From the human T2T-CHM13v2.0 reference genome, Homo sapiens: a stretch of 64,000 bases of DNA. A model generated the notes under the pieces. The model was not told the DNA's origin. It saw only the letters and a program-made list of their open reading frames with translations, and did no database searches. Both the position numbers and the translations under genes were made by a program. How positions within the stretch are numbered: position 1 is the first letter of the stretch; each line of letters begins with the position of its first letter. This document shows, one piece after another, positions 55,932 to 64,000 of the stretch. The stretch lies in the NCBI RefSeq assembly GCF_009914755.1, contig NC_060937.1. The stretch is one strand, 5' to 3'.

Positions 55932-56524
55932 TTTTCTTATTGAATGACCTCCAGTCTGGATTTCTCTGATTGTTTCTTAAACTGCATTTTTAATATATTT
56001 GGCTTAGAGAGATAAATGTTTATTTTAGGAATAATGTTTGGAAGCTAGGCCTCCAAATTATCATTAATCTACAGACAGCTGAGATTAGATGCAACAGCTG
56101 CAGATCAATTAATTTAATACAGGTACAGATTAATCTAGACTAATCTAATGATAAATTTAGTTTCTATTTAACATATAAATGCTTTTAAAACCACATTGCT
56201 AGAATTGGTGGTACTTTCATTTCTGTGACATGATAGAGAATTAAACATAGGCAATTCCTATGCAGAAACAAAAGCTAATTTATTAGGAAGACAAATCAAC
56301 AAATCAATTTTGCACATTTTAATTGTATTTAACCTTCTAGAGCAATAAAAAGGGACACAAAAGAAATGGCTGTGCAGAGCACATGGAGACCATACTGGTA
56401 TAAGGCAGGCAAATGAAAGAGAACTGTTCTCAAAACAGAGACGATTGTGAAGAAAAATGAAAAAACAGATGGAAAAGTGCCTGAAACTTTAGAAGAAAAT
56501 ACATAAAGTCATAGAAAGTTATTA

Positions 56525-56893
<369 letters not shown>

Positions 56894-57562
56894 TTAACTT
56901 TCTTTAGCAGGAATAATTTAAAGGCAGTGGGAGTGAAACCGTCTTGCCCCATGTTTCACCTTCAGGAAGCAGAGGGAGACCTGACCTCCTGGAGATGTCC
57001 TGAGGAGGGTGGGACACACAAAGGTACAGGACAAAGGTGCAGGTTCCAAAAGGGTCTTCATGAGAACAGAATGCCAGAGGACAGCTCTCTAAGCAGAAAA
57101 TGATCGCCATTCCCACAGTCACGCTGCTGGTGAGTTCATTCCTTGGCCTGTCCATGTGTCCATTCACCCATCCGCCCATCTGTTCACCTGTCCTTACATC
57201 CAGCCGTCAGTGACAGAGTGGCAAGTCATGTGCTACATGCAGGAAGAGGTGCAGTGAGTAGCGAAGCCACAGGCCTCATTCTGTCAGAGTTTCTAAATAG
57301 CTGGACTAAAAATGACATATCCTGTCAGACATTAATTATTTTGTAAAATTAGATGTTTCAAAAATTAGGCGATAAAGATTTTTTAATGTCAAGCATGTAA
57401 TGGAAAGCACTAAAGGTATCAGGAAGAAAATACACCTGCCACTCACGGCCAACAATCCTTAATATTTTTCTTGTGTTTTTTTCTATATACATTTAAAAAT
57501 ATATAATATGTAATCAATCACAACATTACATTGCTATGAAACTTATCCAAACATGGTCATAC

Positions 57563-57709
57563 CTTGCCAGAATCCTGTATCATTTTGACATTTTCAGAAC
57601 CAAATTTATCCGAGTACAGTTTAAGGAGTCTCTGAGAAATTTCCGACAGCGGTGTGAGTTTGGGTTCCTTGTAAATATACTCCTTTCCATCTTCATCTTC
57701 AAAGAATCC
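57563..57709 (-). CDS. DOCK9: DOCK9 exon [16 protein letters not shown]...IQDSGK
   Basis: CAG acceptor and GTATGA donor, 147 nt. Confidence 0.96.
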
Positions 57710-58541
57710 CTGTGACATAAAGCACAATTAGAGCTATCCCTGAACGTAAGCCCAGGGCTTACCACCTAGGAAGCGTTCTTTTATTACAAGGGGGAAAAAA
57801 AGGAATGGGTCTAAAAATCCTGCTGAAATGGGCTTTCTGAATGAGAAAGAAAATGCTAATAACATGAAGTCTAGGTGCAAAGGTAAAGGAAAAACACAAC
57901 ATTGCAAACTTATTCAAGAATGCAGTCATTAAGTGTTGAGTGAAATGAAAGATTTTGGATACAAGACTAAGCTGTCCCAGGGAAGTCTAATGGGAGTCAA
58001 GCCTGTTTCACTTTCCCAAGAAGCAGAACTCACTAGAAAATGATGAGCAGCCCACGACAGGCAGGCTCAGAAGTGGACATGCCTCCCTTCTCCTGATGGC
58101 TCCCATGCACACAGGATTTTATGGCATGAACTGAAGCGTTTGGGGGTCTGGAGTAAGTTTAGTAAAAGTTAGGTAAAGCTTGTATAAATTGTATTTTGCT
58201 TTACCGATGAGAAAAAAATATTAAAGACCTGTAGCTCAATATCAGAAAATATTTTCATATCACCAGTCATCATCTGTTTTAGCACCAATCATGTTTGACT
58301 ACAAGGCTTAGAATTGCATGGGAAGTGAAAAAGGTTGAAAATTAAAAAGTCCAACTGGGGTTAATGTTTAAAAGAAAATTTTTTAAAGTTTCTCACGTAA
58401 ATTAAGAGAGAGAAAATGGTGCACAAAACAGTAAAAAAAAATGCAAGCTAGCATGAAACAAAAAACATCCACATCAAACTAGGAGTTTAGACGCAGTAAT
58501 TTCACTATATTACTTGCTTTTTAGGCATTTACTGTAATTAC

Positions 58542-58577
58542 CTCCACATCTGTTTCACTGTCTGTAAACTGGTATTG
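58542..58577 (-). CDS. DOCK9: DOCK9 36-nt exon QYQFTDSETDVE (probable cassette)
   Basis: TTTATAG|CAATAC...GTGGAG|GTAATT; symmetric, phase 0. Confidence 0.85.
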
Positions 58578-59024
58578 CTATAAAGTTATAAAAGACAATA
58601 ACAGAATAAATTGAAGGTTATATAATGCTCATAGAAAACCACACGCCCTAAATATATGTATTATAATTTATACCATTTAATAATGTTAAGGGACTCGAAG
58701 GTTAAAATTTAAGTTAAATTTAGATAAACCCTTTCCTATAGGGTTTCTGAAAAACTGTAAATATACTTGTGGAGATATTATACTACAAAGGATAAAGATG
58801 CACAGGCACAAAGGACACCAGAAAGTCTTAATTTTGGTTTAAAACATGCAATATAGATATATAAGAAAACAGGTGATTTATTTCTGTAAATGGAATAAAA
58901 TGTTAATTTTTTTGGAGTTTGTAATAACTAGACAGATAAACATACAGACTTGAAAAGCAAACTTGCAAACCACACTGAAGTACCAAAGATGTTGCTAAGA
59001 ATGTCTTAAGGAGGAAGAACTTAC

Positions 59025-59030
59025 CGCTGC
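59025..59030 (-). CDS. DOCK9: DOCK9 6-nt microexon GCAGCG (Ala-Ala)
   Basis: A long pyrimidine tract, then CTTAAG|GCAGCG|GTAAGT with a perfect donor. It yields FFGQ-AA-QYQF as I recall in DOCK9. Confidence 0.85.
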
Positions 59031-59254
59031 CTTAAGAAAGTAATAAAGAAAAGACAGGAAGAAAGAAAAAAAGCAGAAAGTTTACTACTGAGGAAGATAA
59101 GAATCATACTAAATATGACAAATTCATCAAATTAGCAATTACAGAAAACAGAGAATTTATAAGATATAACTTTATTATAGTTTTTTTTTTGTTTTTGTTT
59201 TTGTTTTTTTTTTAAAGGACTTAGGACAGTCTGCAGAATGGACAGGAGGCTCAC

Positions 59255-59368
59255 CTGCCCGAAGAAGGCTACCCGGAAGTAGGTCCCCAGAAGCCTGCGG
59301 CCCGAGTGCATGACCTCGGTCACTTTGCTGTAGGCCCGGTGCAGCGTGTCATACAGATGGGCCAGCCT
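59255..59368 (-). CDS. DOCK9: DOCK9 exon [10 protein letters not shown]...YFRVAFFGQ
   Basis: CAG acceptor and GTGAG donor, 114 nt. Confidence 0.96.
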
Positions 59369-60071
59369 CTGGAAAGCAGAACAAAGCCCATTTCTTCCCA
59401 TGTGCAAAGAGGAGAATCGATTTTAAAATAACAAATGTGATAATGGAGGTGAAAAGTCCTTGAACTTGAATAAAAATACACACACACACATTTTGGCTGC
59501 ACAACTTGTAGTGATCATTAATGAATGGTAACATTTCCTACCCAAAGGCCAGCCCACACGTGAGGACCCATCACATTTCCACATTAGAGTAAGCAAACTC
59601 TGTTTTCAAGTTAAGATGCGATGTCAGAGATGGTTCCCCAACGTGATTCTTGGCCTTTGCTTTTCCTGCTCTGTTTGATATGCCTAGAGAAACTGGATGA
59701 CCTCCCAAGCCCAGGATGGACGGAAGGGACACCATTTTTTCACGCAGGTGGAGTAAGGAAGAGTTCTCAGAAAAGGGACACCTGGTGATCACAAAACTCT
59801 GTTCATGGCAGCCTTTCGAAAGTGGAGTGCCGGTTACTCTGTAGTTTGAGATGTGGGGGTCTCCACAGAGGTAGGGCCCAGGTCTGGGTGATACCCGATG
59901 ACTATTTGGAGATGATGACTGGCCACCACCTTCAGCGTAACGTGGAGGGTCAGAGACCCCCACTCATCTCTGGCCCATGGCCTGCTTCCTCTCTCACATA
60001 TATGCAGGTCTGGGTATATGTCACAGCGTCATGCTCTCAAATAGGAAAAAAACAAAAAGGCACTCTCATAC

Positions 60072-60194
60072 CTCAAAATCCCTCCGCTTCTCATAAATGG
60101 GGATGATAAGTTTGTAGATGTCGGCGATGAGCTCGTAGCGCTCGGCTTTCCAGAGTCCATCTGCGCACTGCTCAAGGAGCTCCATCAGCACATC
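60072..60194 (-). CDS. DOCK9: DOCK9 exon [10 protein letters not shown]...KRRDFE
   Basis: CAG acceptor and GTATGA donor, 123 nt. Upstream exons lie beyond the window. Confidence 0.96.
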
Positions 60195-61169
60195 CTGATC
60201 AAAGAGGAGGGCCAACAGCAAGAGAAGAGCGTTATGGGGAACGTGACATGGCACCCGTTGCAGAATGCTAAGTGCTAAGACTGCCAGGAGGAATTTTTCA
60301 CAATAGACAACATGCATCAACACTCACTTCCACACTTACAACAACATTCTTTTTTAGGGAGCCATTTTTTCATCACCACGTTCTTTTTTAGGGAGCCATT
60401 TTCTCGATCATGGTCACAAGCAAAAACGAAAAAGGATCACCCTGCATAACTGCATAATACATGGAAAAACTGACACTGATACCATCACAGGGGCTCTCAA
60501 TTTTTGTTCCTAGTTGTCTTAATAAATATCATCTAGAAATTTCTTTTCCTTTTCTGAGGAACAATGACAATGCTAAGACATGGAGCCTTACTAAGCATGA
60601 TTTTAACACAAATTAAAGGGATTTAGTGATGGAGTGTGGGGGGCACCGTGCCTGCTTCACCTTGGACATTTCTACCAATTGAAGTTTGGGTAGTTACTCT
60701 GCTTCCACTAAAACCCTTGAACTTTGGAGGAAGTTAACACTACCCATGGCTTAAGAATTGTGGCCTGGACTTACACTAATCAGCACAAATCTATTTCCTG
60801 GCCACAGTCATTGCTTCATCGTGGGTGGACATGTGACCTAAGCAGGCCAATCAGGGTGAATTTTAGGACCCCAGCTTGGAATTCTAAGAAATGCTCCTAC
60901 CAGACTGTAGCTTGGCTGAGCTGGCATTCATCTCATGGCCATGGAAGGGGGCCTGTCTGCCTCAGTAGCAGAGTGAAGGGCCTCCCTTCTGCTGCCCAGC
61001 AAAGTGATGGTGTCATGAATAACTCTGTTAAAGGTTTGGATTGATTGATGTTAATCTCTCCGTGGAATTTCCTAGTGGGATCCAATACTTGATCTCTAAT
61101 GTTTAAGCCCATTTTAGAGGGGTTTCATTAATGATGCTGAATTAATTTTAATTTGTTGATTTGTTATAT

Positions 61170-63530
61170 ATGGCTTTGGTAAAGTGTCTATTCAAATCTT
61201 TTGCTCATTTTTCTACTGGATTGCTTATTATTGAATTTTGAGAGTTCTTTATATACTGTGGATAAATGTCCTTTGCCAGATAGGTGATTTGTAACTATTT
61301 CTCCCAATCTGTGATTTGTCTCTAGGGTTTTTTTTTTAATATTAAATTTATTTTAGCTTTTTTGAGACTGGGTCTTGCTCTGTTGCCTAGGCTGGGGTAC
61401 AGTGGCATGATCTTGGCTCACTGTAACCTCTGTCTCCCAAGTAGCTGGGATTACAGCTGTGCACCAACATGCCCCACTAATTTTTTGTATTTTTAGTAGA
61501 GATGGGGTTTTGCCATGCTGGCAAGGCTGATCTTGAACTCCTGCCCTCATGTGATTAGCCTCAGCCTCCAAAAGTGCTGGGATTACAGACGTGTGCCACG
61601 GTCTGTATGCCTATGTCTAGGTTTTCTTAACAGTGTCTTTTAAAGAGCAGAAGTTTTTAATTGTAAACAAAGTTTATCAAGTTTTTATTTCCTGGATTAT
61701 GCTTTATATGTTATATTTAAGAAATATTTATCTAACCCAGGTTCACAAAGATTTTCTCTTATGTTTTCTTCCAGAAGCTTTATAGTTTTACATTTTACAT
61801 TTTAGACTATGACCCATTTTGGGTTATTTTCTAATGAAGTATAAATATTCTTTTTTGCATATGTATATCCAATTGTTTCAATACCATTCGATGAGAGACT
61901 ATGCTTTCTCTATTGGATTGCCTTTGAACCTCTGTCAAAAATCAACTGATCATAAGTGTGTGGGTCCATTTCTGGACTCTCTGTTTTGTTCCATTGATAT
62001 ATGTGCCCATCCTTGTGTCAAACCACAGGATTTTTTTTTTTTTTTTTTTTTTTCGGTTTTGCTACACTTTAATGGGTTTTTTTTTTAAGGGATTTTTTTT
62101 CAGGTCTTGTCAGCAACATCAAACAAAAGGTACTGAGTACTCCACAGGGTACAGAGTGCTGCCAAGCACCTTAGAAAAATTACATGACACGGAGAAAATG
62201 CGCCTCTTGCTCCTTGAAGACCTTACAGTCTAGGGATTTGACAACTCACAGTCTTAGGAACTGGGCAAAGTAAGGCAAATTCTTCATCCCCTAGAGCTAT
62301 TGTGGACTGAATCATTTTAGAATTTGGAATTAATCCAATCAAGATGAGAGACAAGACTAAATTTGGCTGAGAATTCATTCAGGCTCGCATAGTTTTTATT
62401 AACATCCGTCTAGTAAACAGAATGGACCTAACAGACAACTGAAAGTAAAGACTAGATCTCTTGAAGTGCAAGGGCTACAACAACTTAATTGTGGTTACTT
62501 ATTTTAAAAAGCAAACATACTGAATGGTATGACTAGGGTGATTACACTAGTTTAAAAATAGGCCAGGTACTGACACTGCATTCCCCTCATGCATTGCTCA
62601 TTTAAAATAGTGAATATTAAAATATGTGGGCTTTACATCTAACCCACAGAAAGCCCACCGCAAATGTTCTGTGTATCAAATATCCACCTCATGTGTACTA
62701 TGAAAGTTTTATTTATGCCCCATTAAGTCAAAAGTAAATTATAGTAAGCTAATGACCTGCATATTTTCATATGGATGAATGTCAGTATATCTAAATAGGA
62801 AATAAATGGCGATATTTTTTATGCTATTGTAAATAGCACTGTTTTAAAGTTTTGATGATCACTTTAAAGGAAAGTGCTTTGTTTGAATAAGATTAAATAT
62901 CATCCAGCTTATTTGTTTCTAAAAATTACATTAAGTAATCATGAACTATACAGTAAAACCATAGTATAAGAATGAAGAAGTTAATTTTTGTATACTAATC
63001 TTGTATCCTGTGATCTTGCTAAATGGACTTAACAGTTTTAGTAGCTTATTTTCCAAGTTCTTCGGGATTTTCTCTTTATAACTATGTCTTATGTGAATAT
63101 GGAAAGATTTATTTCTTTTTCTTGCCTTACTACACTGGCTAGAACCTCCAGCATGATATTGAATAGTCAGTAAAGCAGGTATTATGGTCTTGTTTCCAAT
63201 TTTAGGGGCAAAGCATTCAGTCTTTCACAATTAAATATGATGGTAGCTATAGGTTTTCTGTAGACAGTCTTTTTGTTTTCAGGTTAAGGAAGTTCCTTCT
63301 ATTTCTCATTTTTTTAAAAAAATTATGAATAGATGTTGAATTTTGTCAAATACTCTGTATGCATCTACTGAGAAAATCATATGGTTTTTCCTATTTATTC
63401 TGTTGATATGATCAATTAATTTGATTGGCTTTTCAATGCAGAGCCAGCTATGCACTCCCAGAATAAACCCTACGTGGTCATGATGCATTTCTCTGTTTTA
63501 TGTATTGCTAGATTCAATTTACTAATATAT
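61170..63530 (-). mobile_element. Old L1M (antisense), interrupted by an Alu (about 61338-61600) and a retrocopy
   Basis: aagtgtctattcaaatcttttgctcatttt...; the ORF at 63306-63488 is an ORF2 RT remnant (HHDHVGFI...KNHMIFSVDA). Confidence 0.8.
62031..62810 (-). pseudogene. Retroposed polyadenylated fragment of unique sequence (UTR-only processed pseudogene or orphan transduction)
   Basis: T23 at 62031-62053, and minus-strand ATTAAA at 62068-62073, 14 nt from the tail. About 760 bp of non-repeat-like sequence sits inside an L1M, with a candidate TSD gatttttttt/gatatttttt. Confidence 0.7.
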
Positions 63531-63544
63531 ATTTTTTTAATTTT

Positions 63545-63844
<300 letters not shown>

Positions 63845-64000
63845 TTCAATTTACTAATATTTTATTAAGGGTCTATAGTTGCTTTTGAAAATGTTTATAT
63901 CCTTCACAATACTGTAAATGAAGGGCAAGGCCTGTGTTTTTCATTACCAGCCCTAATGTTTCACTACAGGACTAATGCCTACAAAGATTACAGATTCAAA

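Overview
This is primate, most likely human, genomic DNA. By recognition of protein sequence it is the DOCK9-SLC15A1 interval on 13q32. Both genes are on the minus strand. The right third holds the 3' end of DOCK9 (Cdc42 GEF, DHR2 domain): eight ordinary coding exons, a 36-nt exon, 6-nt and 8-nt microexons, and the 3' UTR (about 43390-60194). The left end holds the CpG-island promoter and 4-nt coding first exon of SLC15A1/PEPT1 (about 2150-2830). The ~40 kb between them is mostly transposon-derived. It includes a 5'-truncated L1PA, several solo LTRs, many Alus, and a decayed, 3'-truncated HERV3/ERV3-family provirus (9787-18247) carrying a nested AluY and a nested HML-2 LTR5. I see no new multi-gene system, and most ORFs in the supplied track are repeat artefacts. 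The most notable signals are: (1) an 8-nt microexon that swaps the DOCK9 C-terminus and removes a PDZ-type tail; (2) 119 bp of perfect inverted identity between two independently inserted Alus; (3) a young-looking retrocopy consisting only of 3' UTR-like sequence in a DOCK9 intron; (4) a PUMILIO and miR-92 site cluster in the DOCK9 3' UTR; (5) a 20-bp X-box-like array abutting a rare GAG acceptor; (6) an ARE inside a MER5A at the SLC15A1 promoter. Coordinates were counted by hand, and repeat boundaries and subfamilies are approximate.
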